Part shown: one piece after another, positions 9,383 through 18,744 of the stretch | Numbering within the stretch: position 1 is the stretch's first letter | How the letters are laid out: each line of letters opens with the position of its first letter | Source of the DNA: an uncultured Acidimicrobiia bacterium | GTDB taxonomy: Bacteria; Actinomycetota; Acidimicrobiia; Spongiisociales; Spongiisociaceae | Assembly (NCBI GenBank): GCA_958295745.1 | Contig: OY282370.1 | Location: 2,441,058-2,505,057, forward strand | Direction: 5' to 3' | Length of the DNA stretch: 64,000 nt | Notes under the pieces: generated by a model | The model's input: the letters and a program-made list of their open reading frames with translations, nothing else | Told to the model about the DNA's origin: nothing | Database searches by the model: none | Program-made: the position numbers and the translations under genes

Positions 9383-10582
9383 ATGAAGAAGATGGTTTTG
9401 GGGCGGCGCAAATGGGTTGCCTTCGCAGTTGTGTCGATGCTGACGGCGGCCGCCTGCGGCGGCGGGGAGACCGCCGACACCGCGGCGCCTGCCACAACCG
9501 CCGCCCCTGCTGCGACCGAGGTCCCTGCTGCGACCGAGGCCCCCGCCGCGACCGAGGCGTCCACCACCGAGGCGCCGACCACCACCGAGGCCATGCCCGA
9601 GACCAGGGCTTACACGGCCGAGGAACTGACCGATGTGGATGCGGCGCCCGGCAGCGGGGATGGGATCAAGATCGGTTACATCTCGCTCGGCGAGTCGATT
9701 CCCTTCGTGAAGCTGGTGTCGGACAGCATAAGAGCCGAGGCGGAGGCCGCCGGAGCGGAGTTCGTCTTCTGCGACTCGGAGGTGGACCCGGCCAAGGCAT
9801 TGGAGTGCGGTCGCATCATGGCCGTCCAGGAAGTGGACGTGCTCATCAACTTCCAGCTCTTCGAGGACGCCGCGGCGCAGATATGTGAAGAGGGTCCGCA
9901 GGTGCCGGTGGTCTCGATCGACATCCACCAGCGTCCGTGTGAGACCACCTTCTTCGGCGCCGACAACCACGCGGCCGGATTCATGACCGGCGGCGCCACC
10001 GCCAAGCACATCGAGGCCAACTTCAACTGCGAATACGACGAGTTCATCCTGCTCAACGCCTTGGCGGCCGGCGAGGTGGTTCAGATTCGCGGCGAAGGCG
10101 CCGTCGCAGGCTTCGAATCCATCTGCGGCGCCATCCCCGAAGACAAGTACAACCTCATCGACGTTCCGTCCATCGCGGTGGATGAGGCGAGGGCGAACAC
10201 CTCCGACTGGTTGATCGCCAACCCGGGCGCCGAAGTAGTGGCGCTGGCTTCGACCAACGACGATATGCTGCTGGGGGCGTTGGCCGCATTCCGCAACGCC
10301 GGGCGGGAGGATGCGTTCTGGGGAACGGCCCAGGGCGCGGACGAGAGTTCCTGGATCGAGCTGGAGTGCAACGAGCACTGGGTGGCCGATACGGCCTACT
10401 TCCCGGAGCGGTACGGACGCACCGCGGTTCCCGCCGCCATCGCCCTGGCGAAGGGGCACACGGTTCCCAACCCGCTGTCGACGGCGCATTACGTGCTCAC
10501 CAACAATCCCGCCATCGCCGGGGCCGACGAGTTCCCCACGGCTTCCTTCACCGACTTCTATCCCGCCCAGGACTGCGGCTAG
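9383..10582 (+). CDS. Sugar-type ABC transporter substrate-binding lipoprotein
   Basis: AAAC lipobox, Ala/Thr/Pro linker, IGYISLG..PFVKLVSD, YFPERYG; paralogue of 5499-6584. Confidence 0.9.
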   Translation: MKKMVLGRRKWVAFAVVSMLTAAACGGGETADTAAPATTAAPAATEVPAATEAPAATEASTTEAPTTTEAMPETRAYTAEELTDVDAAPGSGDGIKIGYISLGESIPFVKLVSDSIRAEAEAAGAEFVFCDSEVDPAKALECGRIMAVQEVDVLINFQLFEDAAAQICEEGPQVPVVSIDIHQRPCETTFFGADNHAAGFMTGGATAKHIEANFNCEYDEFILLNALAAGEVVQIRGEGAVAGFESICGAIPEDKYNLIDVPSIAVDEARANTSDWLIANPGAEVVALASTNDDMLLGALAAFRNAGREDAFWGTAQGADESSWIELECNEHWVADTAYFPERYGRTAVPAAIALAKGHTVPNPLSTAHYVLTNNPAIAGADEFPTASFTDFYPAQDCG

Positions 10583-10693
10583 GAGCGCGCCGGACGCATC
10601 CCCGGGCCGTTCGAATAGGCGCCGGGGGTGCGGATCCGCGCCGGTATCGGAAGCACGACCGTTCATGAGGGAACCGAGAGGAGCCGGATCGCG

Positions 10694-11677
10694 GTGACGG
10701 CCGACCATGACGAAGCGGGCGCGGGCCCCCGGCGGCTGCGCGGTTTGCGGCTCTCCCGGATTCCGGAGGCCGGGGCCCTCGTGGTCGTGCTGCTCGCCTT
10801 GGCCGCCTTCTTCACCTTTCGGTCCGAGTATTTCCTGACCGCCCCCAATCTGGTCAACATCGCCACCAACGTCGCCGTGCTGGGCATCATCGCCGCGCCG
10901 GCCACCATGCTCCTCATCGCCGGGCAGTTCGACCTCTCCGTAGGGTCGGCGGCCGTTTTCGTGGGGATGGTCATGGCGAAGACCGCGCCGGGAGTCGGGA
11001 TATGGGGGGCGGTGCTGCTGGCGCTGGCGGCCGGGCTGGCGGTCGGCCTCATCAACGCGGTGGGCGTGGTGATGTTCCGGGTGAACGCCATCATCACCAC
11101 CCTGGCCACCCTGGCCGCGTTCCGGGGGGCGGCCAAGCTGGTGTCGAACGGGCAGACGCTCATCCTTCCCGGTTTCGGAACCCTCGGAACCCACCGCATA
11201 TTCAGCGTCCCGCTGCCCGCCTACATCTTCGCCTTCGTAGCGGTACTGTCCTTCGTCATCCTCAAATACACGGTGTTCGGGAAGCACATCTACGCCATGG
11301 GGGGCGGGCCGAGAGCCGCACGGCTGGCAGGCATCCCCGTCAAGCGGTACATCTTCATCGCGTTCCTGCTATCGGCGCTCGGCACGGTGCTGGCCGGACT
11401 GATCATCGTCTCCCAGCTCGGCGCCTCCTCTCCGATCGCCGCGCAGGGACTAGAGCTGCAGGTGGTGACCGCGGTGATCCTGGGCGGGGCCAGCCTGAGC
11501 GGAGGCCGGGGTTCGATACTCGGCACGATGGTGGCCGTGTTCATAATCGGCGTGCTCAACAACGGCCTCAACCTGCTCAGCGTCCCGTCGTTCTGGCAGG
11601 AGATCATCCTCGGCGCCCTGTTGCTCGGCGCCGTAGCCTTCGACCAGATGAGAATCAGGCTCGCCAAGTCGTCATGA
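10694..11677 (+). CDS. Sugar ABC transporter permease (RbsC-like)
   Basis: TM-rich, AARLAGI, AVILGGASLSGGRG; GTG start inferred from a GAGGAG RBS. Confidence 0.9.
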   Translation: MTADHDEAGAGPRRLRGLRLSRIPEAGALVVVLLALAAFFTFRSEYFLTAPNLVNIATNVAVLGIIAAPATMLLIAGQFDLSVGSAAVFVGMVMAKTAPGVGIWGAVLLALAAGLAVGLINAVGVVMFRVNAIITTLATLAAFRGAAKLVSNGQTLILPGFGTLGTHRIFSVPLPAYIFAFVAVLSFVILKYTVFGKHIYAMGGGPRAARLAGIPVKRYIFIAFLLSALGTVLAGLIIVSQLGASSPIAAQGLELQVVTAVILGGASLSGGRGSILGTMVAVFIIGVLNNGLNLLSVPSFWQEIILGALLLGAVAFDQMRIRLAKSS

Positions 11678-11734
11678 TCTCCCCCACATGATGACCTGAA
11701 CCCCGGCGCGAGTCTTGTGGTTCGGTATATTTCA

Positions 11735-11873
11735 GCCCCGATTTAAAGGAGGGAATCTGATGCCCGTCCCCGAGTTCCCAACCCCCACAAACACAAGGAC
11801 ATCGGCGCCGGTCTCCTCAACAGGATATTGAATCAGGCCGAACACTTCCCGCAGCGAGTGGTTGGACTGGTGA
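11735..11873 (+). pseudogene. hicA: Degenerate HicA-family toxin remnant
   Basis: Manual translation gives ..VPNPHKHKDIGAGLLNRILNQA.. then, after a frameshift, SRSEWLDW*. This resembles the HicA C-terminus (IPNPHxxDIGxGLLxRILxQAGISREEW). No intact start and no HicB. Confidence 0.55.
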
Positions 11874-11939
11874 GGTAGAGACACACCGCCGCAGCCCCCA
11901 CTTTTAGCGATCTCAGGATCCTTCGCCGCCCGCCCCACC

Positions 11940-12090
11940 CCCGCTTTTCGCGTTCTCGGCCCCAAACCGCCGGCTTCGCCGGGCCCACCCCCACCTCCAC
12001 CGATCCAAGGTTCCGGCTGCGGGGGGCGCGTGGGCCCGGGCCGCACCTGAAGTACCAGCTTTGGCTTGTTTTGCCGCCCCGTCCTGGATC
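11940..12090. repeat. Dispersed GC-rich intergenic repeat, copy B
   Basis: The reverse complement tcaggtgcggcccgggcccacgcgcccc...cccggcgaagccgg...cgcgaaaa is nearly collinear with 25586-25730. Confidence 0.7.
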
Positions 12091-12178
12091 ACCCGCAAGG
12101 GGTGGAGTACGGGTCGGCCGTCCTGATCACCGCCTTCCGGAGCGGCAGTGATGTTTGCACTACTCTATGTTTCAACAG

Positions 12179-12193
12179 CATATCATAGATATG
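12179..12193. promoter_or_regulatory. Palindromic candidate operator CATATC-ata-GATATG
   Basis: Perfect 6-bp inverted repeat in an AT-rich intergenic patch. Confidence 0.3.
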
Positions 12194-12245
12194 TGACAGG
12201 TGCAACCCCCTTGTCGAGGAAGGGGGGCGGGACCGGTGCTGGGCG

Positions 12246-13358
12246 CTAGCTGTGGTGACCGGAGAGCGCAGCACCACGGACCTGCAGTCCGCCCCGCCCG
12301 GCTATCTCCATCACATCGGCGAGCGTGAAGACCGCTTCGACATCGTGGAACCCCGGCGCCGCCCCGGCGCGGGGCGCTTCCAACGTCATCGTCTGGCCGC
12401 GCCGCACGTAGAAGCCCGAGAGCGGACCGAGCCGATCGACCCCGGTGTCGGTGTGCCCCTCGCCGACCGACGGGTTGGACAGCGCCGCCCCGGTGAGGTC
12501 CACCTCGGCGCCGTCGATGGTGAGCGACCGCACCGCGGTGATGTATTTGGATTGCCCGTGCGGATTGTGCAGATCGAACCGCAGCGAGCCGCCCTCGGCG
12601 AACCCCGAGTCGGCAACCACCTCGAGATCGCCGGACTGGAGCCGGTCCACCAGCTCGCGGAGCATCACCCAGCTGTCCGCCCGCTCTCCCGCCGCGAAGC
12701 CCTCGATGATCCCGGCTAGGCGGCGCACCGCATGATCGGCCATGGCGGCGCCCCGCTCGCGGCTGGCGGTGAAGCGCGGGTTGGCGGCGTAGACGCCTAC
12801 GTGTTCGGCTTCCGGGTCGTCCTCCAGGGCGGTCAGGTCCACCGTCTCGGGATGGAACTCCATGATGTAGGAAGTTTCGACCTTGGCGCCGTGGTCGTGG
12901 ATATCGCCCGGCATGCCTGCGTTCAGCTCGTTCCAGACCGTGGTGAGGGCGTTGACGCCGGGAAAGCGGTCCATTACCCGGTCGGTTTCCTCGCGGAGCG
13001 CGTGGAGGTGGTCCAGGGCCCCGTGCCCGGAGAACACGATGATCGTTTTGAATCCCCCCTCGGCCAGCTGTCGGAGGATGGGCCGCACCGCGGCGCGGAG
13101 CACCGTTGCATCGACCGTGATGCTGTGGGGAAGGGGCAGCACCCCCGCCGCCAGCCAGAGGGGAGGGAGCACCAGCCCGCCGGTCAGCTCGGCGGTCCGA
13201 TGGCACATGGCGTCGGCGGTGAGCATGTCCACCCCGAGCGGGAGGTGCGGTCCGTGGTACTCGACGCACCCGATCGGGAGGAAGACTATGGGCGCCTCCT
13301 CCAGCGTCCGGCGCACCCGGGCGGGGCGCACCATCTCGTAGGCGGTGGGATCGGTCAA
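12246..13358 (-). CDS. Creatininase-family amidohydrolase with an extra C-terminal beta-rich domain
   Basis: PIGCVEYHGPHLPLGVD, FSGHG and DHGAKVETS creatininase motifs; ~120-aa C-terminal extension; TTG start with GGAGG RBS. Confidence 0.85.
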   Translation of the reverse strand: MTDPTAYEMVRPARVRRTLEEAPIVFLPIGCVEYHGPHLPLGVDMLTADAMCHRTAELTGGLVLPPLWLAAGVLPLPHSITVDATVLRAAVRPILRQLAEGGFKTIIVFSGHGALDHLHALREETDRVMDRFPGVNALTTVWNELNAGMPGDIHDHGAKVETSYIMEFHPETVDLTALEDDPEAEHVGVYAANPRFTASRERGAAMADHAVRRLAGIIEGFAAGERADSWVMLRELVDRLQSGDLEVVADSGFAEGGSLRFDLHNPHGQSKYITAVRSLTIDGAEVDLTGAALSNPSVGEGHTDTGVDRLGPLSGFYVRRGQTMTLEAPRAGAAPGFHDVEAVFTLADVMEIAGRGGLQVRGAALSGHHS

Positions 13359-13485
13359 GAGGCTTCCTCCCCTGAGTTGTTGCGCTGCGGAAGTCGAGGA
13401 TACGATGGCGCATATACGGTAACCGAAAGCGGGGGCACCGTCCGGATGAGGCCGCGACCGAGGGCACGGCGATGAGAACGAGGAT

Positions 13486-14226
13486 ATGAGCTCGCGGCCG
13501 CGGGCGATGGTGACCGGCGCCGCCAGCGGGATAGGGCAGGCCGCCGCCCTCCGCCTCCTCGACGAGGGTTGCTCCGTCATCGCTGTCGATATCGACGAGG
13601 GCGGACTGGAACCGGTTGCCGCCGCCGGCGCCGAGCCTCTGGCGGCGGACCTGGCGGACCTCGAGGACCGCCGGCGGGTGATCGCCGCCGGAGAGGGGAT
13701 CGACTACCTGGTCAACTCGGCCGGGATCATCCGCCTCAAACCGTTGGCCGCCTTCACCGTCGACGACTGGCGCGATATATTCACGGTCAACGCCGAGGCC
13801 GTCTTCTTCCTCTGCCAGGGCATCGGGCCGACCATGCCTCCGGGCGGCGCCGTCGTCAACCTCTCCTCCAGCTCCGCCAAGCTGGCCAGCACGGTGGAGG
13901 CCGCCGTCTACGCCGCCTCCAAGACCGCCATCCTGTCCATCACCCGCTCCTTCGCCTACGGGCTGGCCGGCATACCCGTGCGGGTCAACGCGGTCTGTCC
14001 GGCCATCATCGATACGCCCATGCAGGACAAGGTGCTCGAGCAGGTGGCGCCGATCCGGGGCATGACCCCGGAGGAGCTGACCGCCGCCCGCAACGCCTCG
14101 GTTCCGCTGGGCCGCCCGGCCGCCCCGGAGGAGCTGGCCGGTTTGATATGGTTCCTCCTGGCAGAGAAACCCGGATACATGACCGGCCAGGCGGTCAACT
14201 ACGGAGGAGGGTACGTGACATGGTGA
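13486..14226 (+). CDS. SDR family oxidoreductase
   Basis: TGAASGIG, NSAG and YAASK motifs. Confidence 0.92.
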   Translation: MSSRPRAMVTGAASGIGQAAALRLLDEGCSVIAVDIDEGGLEPVAAAGAEPLAADLADLEDRRRVIAAGEGIDYLVNSAGIIRLKPLAAFTVDDWRDIFTVNAEAVFFLCQGIGPTMPPGGAVVNLSSSSAKLASTVEAAVYAASKTAILSITRSFAYGLAGIPVRVNAVCPAIIDTPMQDKVLEQVAPIRGMTPEELTAARNASVPLGRPAAPEELAGLIWFLLAEKPGYMTGQAVNYGGGYVTW

Positions 14227-14678
14227 CCGGCGGCCCGCGGCGGGTGCATCACATCGGCATCACGGTTCGGGACGTGGGCCGTTCGCTCGGCTTCTGGCGG
14301 TCATTCCTCGGTGTCGAGCCGCGCTGGCGGCGGGTTCTGGACGCTCCTTACCTCGGTCTGGTGACCGGTTACCCGGGGGTCGAGGTGGATGCGGCGGTCA
14401 TCGACCTGCCCGGCGGGCAGATACTCGAGATACTGAACTACCTGGTAGACGACAAGACCCCCAACCCGCCCGAGACCGCCAACCCCGGAAACGTGCACAT
14501 ATGCGTGGAGACGGAGGACATCGATGCGTCGTGGGAACGGGCCGTGCGGTCCGGCGCCGCCCCGATCAGCCCCGGTCCGGTCGAGATCACCCACGGCCCC
14601 AACAAAGGGGTCAAGGCCTGTTACCTCCGCGACCCCGACGGGATCACGGTGGAGCTGTTCCAGCCGGCCGCCGAATAG
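14220..14678 (+). CDS. VOC/glyoxalase family protein
   Basis: HHIGITVRD, HIC and YLRDPDGITVEL motifs. Confidence 0.9.
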   Translation: MVTGGPRRVHHIGITVRDVGRSLGFWRSFLGVEPRWRRVLDAPYLGLVTGYPGVEVDAAVIDLPGGQILEILNYLVDDKTPNPPETANPGNVHICVETEDIDASWERAVRSGAAPISPGPVEITHGPNKGVKACYLRDPDGITVELFQPAAE

Positions 14679-14698
14679 GTTCCACTAGGATTTCTCCC

Positions 14699-15835
14699 AT
14701 GAAGATCGCCAGAGTCGAAGCCATCCCCGTGAGCTATCCGGAGCCGAACGATTTCGACGCCATCCGGCATCTGTGCCTGGTCAAGCTCACCGCCGAAGAT
14801 GGAACGGTCGGCTGGGGGGAGTCCGTAACCATGTGGCCGGAGTCGAGCTTCGCCACCAAGACCATCATCGAGGGCATGTCCGACCTGGTGGTGGGGCGGA
14901 ACCCGGTGCACAACGACGCCGTATTCCGAGACCTGAAGGACCGGGCCTGGTGGTACGGATACGAGGGGGGTATGGCCGGCTTTGCGATCTCCGCCCTCGA
15001 CATCGCCCTCTGGGATCTGAAAGGCAAGGCCCTCGGGGCCTCCGTGCTCGATCTGCTGGGCGGGCCGGTTCATGACCGTCTGCCGGGCATCGCCTCCTCC
15101 CACGCCCATTTCGAGTCGATCCCGGAGATGGCGGAGGAAGCCCGGGAGTGGCTCTCGACCGGGCTACAGGGTATGAAGGTCGGGTTCGGCAAGCGGGGAA
15201 ACGCCCGTCTGGGGTTCGAGCACGACCGGGATGTCGAATACGTGCGCCGGATGCGGGAGGCGATCGGGCCCGGCAGGGGTCTCATGATCGACTTGGGCTG
15301 GGTCATCAGATGGGATGTCATGACCGCGATCAAGCGGACGCAGGCCTTCGACGAGTACGACGTGGACTGGATCGAGGAACCGCTCGGCGACTGGGATCCG
15401 GAAGGGTACGCCAACCTGCGTTCCAAGACCAAGACCCTGATCGCCTACGGTGAGAAGGAGTGGACCCTGCGGGGGTACGAGCGGGTTCTGGCGACCGGGA
15501 CCGTCGACGTGGTGGGCTGCGACCCGGGCCGGGCCGAGGGGATAACCGGTTTCAAGAAGGTGGCCGACCGGGTGGAGCAGCTCCGGCGCCAGGCCAACGC
15601 CCACGCCTGGTCGTCGGCGATCGTGACCGCGGCCAGCCTGGCGGTCAGCTTCAGCAGCGGCGCCTGCAAACTTTTCGAGTTCAAGCCCCTCGAGAACCCG
15701 ATGCAGCACGAGCTGGTGGCGGAACCCTTCGACCACCGGGAGGGATGGGTGTACCCGCCGACCGGCCCCGGTCTGGGCATCGAGGTGGACGAGTCGGTGG
15801 TCGACCGGTACCGCACCGAACGAGTGCTGGGCTGA
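14699..15835 (+). CDS. Mandelate racemase/muconate lactonizing enzyme family (enolase superfamily)
   Basis: GWGE, LDIALWDLKGK, MKVG, MID, WIEEP, YGE and PTGPGLG motifs. Confidence 0.92.
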   Translation: MKIARVEAIPVSYPEPNDFDAIRHLCLVKLTAEDGTVGWGESVTMWPESSFATKTIIEGMSDLVVGRNPVHNDAVFRDLKDRAWWYGYEGGMAGFAISALDIALWDLKGKALGASVLDLLGGPVHDRLPGIASSHAHFESIPEMAEEAREWLSTGLQGMKVGFGKRGNARLGFEHDRDVEYVRRMREAIGPGRGLMIDLGWVIRWDVMTAIKRTQAFDEYDVDWIEEPLGDWDPEGYANLRSKTKTLIAYGEKEWTLRGYERVLATGTVDVVGCDPGRAEGITGFKKVADRVEQLRRQANAHAWSSAIVTAASLAVSFSSGACKLFEFKPLENPMQHELVAEPFDHREGWVYPPTGPGLGIEVDESVVDRYRTERVLG

Positions 15836-15840
15836 GACGC

Positions 15841-16608
15841 ATGGCTTGGAGCGTATCCGCAGGACTGGAAGGCCAAGGTGTGATCGTCACCGGGGCGGCG
15901 GGGGGGATCGGAAGGGCGGCCGCCGAGGCATTCGCTCAGGCAGGCGCCCGGGTCATGGCCGTCGACCTCCATCAAGAGGCGGCGGAGGAGGTGGCCGCCG
16001 GGCTGGCGGGCGGCGGTCATGCGGCGGCCGGCCTCGACCTGAACGACCTGGACGCCCACGCGGCCCTGGTGGAGAGGGCCGTCGACGAGCTGGGCGGGGT
16101 TCGGGCGCTCGCCCATCTGGCGGCGGTACTGGCCCGGCGAGACTCTGTGGAGGAGGTAACCGAGCAGGATTGGGACTTCCAGCTGGACACCAACCTCAAG
16201 GCCGGTTTCTTCCTGTGCCGGACGGCGGCCGACGCGATGATCGAGGCCGGCGGGGGCGGCAGCATAATCTTGTTCTCCTCCCAGGGATGGTGGACGGGCG
16301 GTTTCGGCGGCTCGGTCGTGTACTGCGCATCCAAAGGCGGGATCGTTTCCATGACCAGGGGTCTGGCCCGCACCTACGGACCCCACGGCATCAGGGTCAA
16401 CGTGGTCGCCCCCGGTATGGTCGACACGCCCATGCTCATGGATGATCTTTCCCCCGAGGTGTTCGAAGCCCTCAAGGCCCAGACTCCGCTGGGGAGGGTG
16501 GCCGCCCCGTCGGAGATCGGGGGGGTGGTGGTCTTCCTGGCCGGCGACCACGCTTCTTACGTGAGTGGCGCCACCATCAACGTGAGCGGCGGCTTCCTGA
16601 TGTATTGA
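15841..16608 (+). CDS. SDR family oxidoreductase
   Basis: TGAAGGIG, YCASKGG and RVNVVAPG motifs. Confidence 0.92.
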   Translation: MAWSVSAGLEGQGVIVTGAAGGIGRAAAEAFAQAGARVMAVDLHQEAAEEVAAGLAGGGHAAAGLDLNDLDAHAALVERAVDELGGVRALAHLAAVLARRDSVEEVTEQDWDFQLDTNLKAGFFLCRTAADAMIEAGGGGSIILFSSQGWWTGGFGGSVVYCASKGGIVSMTRGLARTYGPHGIRVNVVAPGMVDTPMLMDDLSPEVFEALKAQTPLGRVAAPSEIGGVVVFLAGDHASYVSGATINVSGGFLMY

Positions 16609-16729
16609 CCCTGCCTCCGACCCCCCGGCCATGAAATCGTGTCCGGAGGGCGGGTCGGTTCGGGAATGATAAAAAAAGGGGCGGAAGAGGGGTGGAAGGG
16701 TCTTCTCGACGGGGGGTGGTTGCGGTAAG

Positions 16730-17107
16730 ATGATGGGTATGGAGATGGTATCCGAGTGGATCACCCCGGCGGTGGTGATCGGGGCATTCAGTTTTCTCTG
16801 GCGTTACCTGGTGCGGATGGAGCAGCGGTTCGAGCGCCGGTTCGACCGTGCGGATGAGCGGCACGACGCCTTGGCCCGTGAGGTGGCCAAGAACGGTCGT
16901 CTTATTGCCGAGAACGGCCGCGGGATCGCTGAGAATCGTCGGCTCATCGAGGAGAACGGTCGTCGCATCGAGGAGAACGGTCGTCGCATCGAGGAGAACG
17001 GTCGTCGCATCGAGGAGAACGGTCGTCGCATCGAGGAGAACGGTCGTCGTATTGCCCGGCTCGAGGGCCAACATGAGGGCCATCACCCATTGTCTGTCGT
17101 TGAGTGA
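16730..17107 (+). CDS. Small membrane-anchored coiled-coil protein with IxENxRR heptad repeats
   Basis: N-terminal TM (WITPAVVIGAFSFLW) then 21-nt tandem repeats encoding IEENGRR; ends IARLEG. A leaderless start at 16739 after TAAGAT is possible. Confidence 0.8.
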   Translation: MMGMEMVSEWITPAVVIGAFSFLWRYLVRMEQRFERRFDRADERHDALAREVAKNGRLIAENGRGIAENRRLIEENGRRIEENGRRIEENGRRIEENGRRIEENGRRIARLEGQHEGHHPLSVVE

Positions 17108-17276
17108 CCACCACTGTTGAGGGGGTACCGCCGTCCGCATGCGGGACGTCCAGAGGCGGGTGTTGCTGTTTGACCGCCTTGTTGTGATGGCAGGGTCCGC
17201 GTCCCGGCTGGGAATGATAAAAAAAGGGGTGGATGAGGGGTGGAAGGGTCTTCTCGACGGGGGTGGTTGCGGTAAG

Positions 17277-17822
17277 ATGATGGGTATGGAGATGGTATCC
17301 GAGTGGATCACCCCGGCGGTGGTGATCGGGGCATTCAGTTTTCTCTGGCGTTATCTGGTGCGGATGGAGCAGCGGTTCGAGCGCCGGTTCGACCGTATGG
17401 ATGAGCGGTTCGACCGTATGGATGAGCGGTTCGACCGTGCGGATGAGCGGCACGACGGCTTGGCCCGTGAGGTGGCCAAGAACGGTCGTCTTATTGCGGA
17501 GAACGGCCGCGGTATTGCTGAGAATCGTCGGCTCATTGAGGAGAACGGTCGTCTTATTGCGGAGAACGGCCGCGGTATTGCTGAGAATCGTCGGCTCATT
17601 GAGGAGAACGGTCGTCGTATCGAGGAGAACGCCCGCGGTATTGCTGAGAATAGTCGGGGTATTGCTGAGAATGGTCGACTCATTGCTGAGAACGCCCGCG
17701 GTATTGCTGAGAATAGTCGGGGTATTGCTGATAACGGCCGCGGTATCGCCGAGAATGGCCGTCGTATTGCCCGGCTCGAGGGCCGGCATGAGGGCCACCT
17801 CCCGTTGGTTGCCGCCGAGTGA
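17277..17822 (+). CDS. Paralogous membrane-anchored coiled-coil protein with expanded heptad repeats
   Basis: Same N-terminus; extra MDERFDR heptads and more IAEN/IEEN heptads. Confidence 0.8.
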   Translation: MMGMEMVSEWITPAVVIGAFSFLWRYLVRMEQRFERRFDRMDERFDRMDERFDRADERHDGLAREVAKNGRLIAENGRGIAENRRLIEENGRLIAENGRGIAENRRLIEENGRRIEENARGIAENSRGIAENGRLIAENARGIAENSRGIADNGRGIAENGRRIARLEGRHEGHLPLVAAE

Positions 17823-18017
17823 CTCGGCTCTAGAAGGTACCGCCGCCCACATGCGGGCGTCCATAGGCGGGTGTTGCTGTTGGAGTGACCGAAGAGGGAG
17901 TGGGTTATGACAGGCCGAGGGGGAAGGGCGTATTACCGAACACATGTTCCATTGCCGTCCGAGGCCCTGGTATGATGCCTATTCCTGGGACGAGACCTCC
18001 GTGGGCAGGGAGAGGTT

Positions 18018-18614
18018 GTGACGGCAGGCATGGACCTCAAAGAGATCGTGCAGTCGGTGGAGGAGGCTGTTGCGGTCATCGAGGACGAGGAGAGGAAGCG
18101 CATTGCCTTCGAGCGTCTACTCGATCATCTGCTCAAGAATATCGAAAAGGGACAAGCGGCGGCTGGTGAAGACCCAGGGTATTCGTCTTATCCAGAGCAC
18201 GCAACGGCTGACGGCGCCTTCGCCGAGGAGTATCAACGACTGGATGCCATCGCGCATTATTTTGGAATCGAACCCGAGCAGGTGGCAGACATTTTCGATG
18301 TATCGGAGGAGGAACCTCGTTTGATCCTCGATACTGGACAATTGAGCGGGCCGCAGGCAAACGGCACACGCGAGATCGCTTTGCTGATGACAGGTGCACG
18401 AACCGCACTTGGGCGTGAAACAGATACTGGGATTATAAGAAATACAGCAGACGACTACGGGAAGCTGAATAGGCCCCGCTATATGGCAACTTTGACCGGG
18501 ATGTCAAAGCTGTCAGTGTTAGGTAAGCGCCGATCGTCAAACCGTATCGTTCGTATGAAGGTGCGAGGTGCTGAGGAAGCCGCGAGGCTGGCGCAACGGC
18601 TGGTAGGCGAATGA
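18018..18614 (+). CDS. Hypothetical protein (lower GC than flanks)
   Basis: Open 198-aa frame with a GGGAGAGG RBS; helical N-terminus KRIAFERLLDHLL; no recognised family. Confidence 0.7.
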   Translation: MTAGMDLKEIVQSVEEAVAVIEDEERKRIAFERLLDHLLKNIEKGQAAAGEDPGYSSYPEHATADGAFAEEYQRLDAIAHYFGIEPEQVADIFDVSEEEPRLILDTGQLSGPQANGTREIALLMTGARTALGRETDTGIIRNTADDYGKLNRPRYMATLTGMSKLSVLGKRRSSNRIVRMKVRGAEEAARLAQRLVGE

Positions 18615-18744
18615 CGCAGCCGCAAGGGTCGCGGTCCGATCCCGGGGCGCCGCGACTCGCGGGTCTTCGGCGGCCGTGCCCAACATTGACGCGGGCGGAG
18701 GGTGCGGCCTACGATTCCGGACCGACTCGAACTAAGGAGGGCAG

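Larger units (their letters stand above)
16661..17890 (+). repeat. Tandem duplication of a promoter+gene+3' unit (copies begin ~16662 and ~17211)
   Basis: Near-identical gggaatgataaaaaaagggg...gtaagatgatgggtatggag leaders and similar 3' tails (ggtaccgccg..catgcggg..ggcgggtgttgctgtt); the copies differ in 21-nt repeat number. Confidence 0.9.

Noticed and set aside
16900-17780. Possible CRISPR array in the 21-nt repeats
   Set aside because: Repeats are contiguous with no unique spacers, are in-frame heptads, and no cas genes are present.
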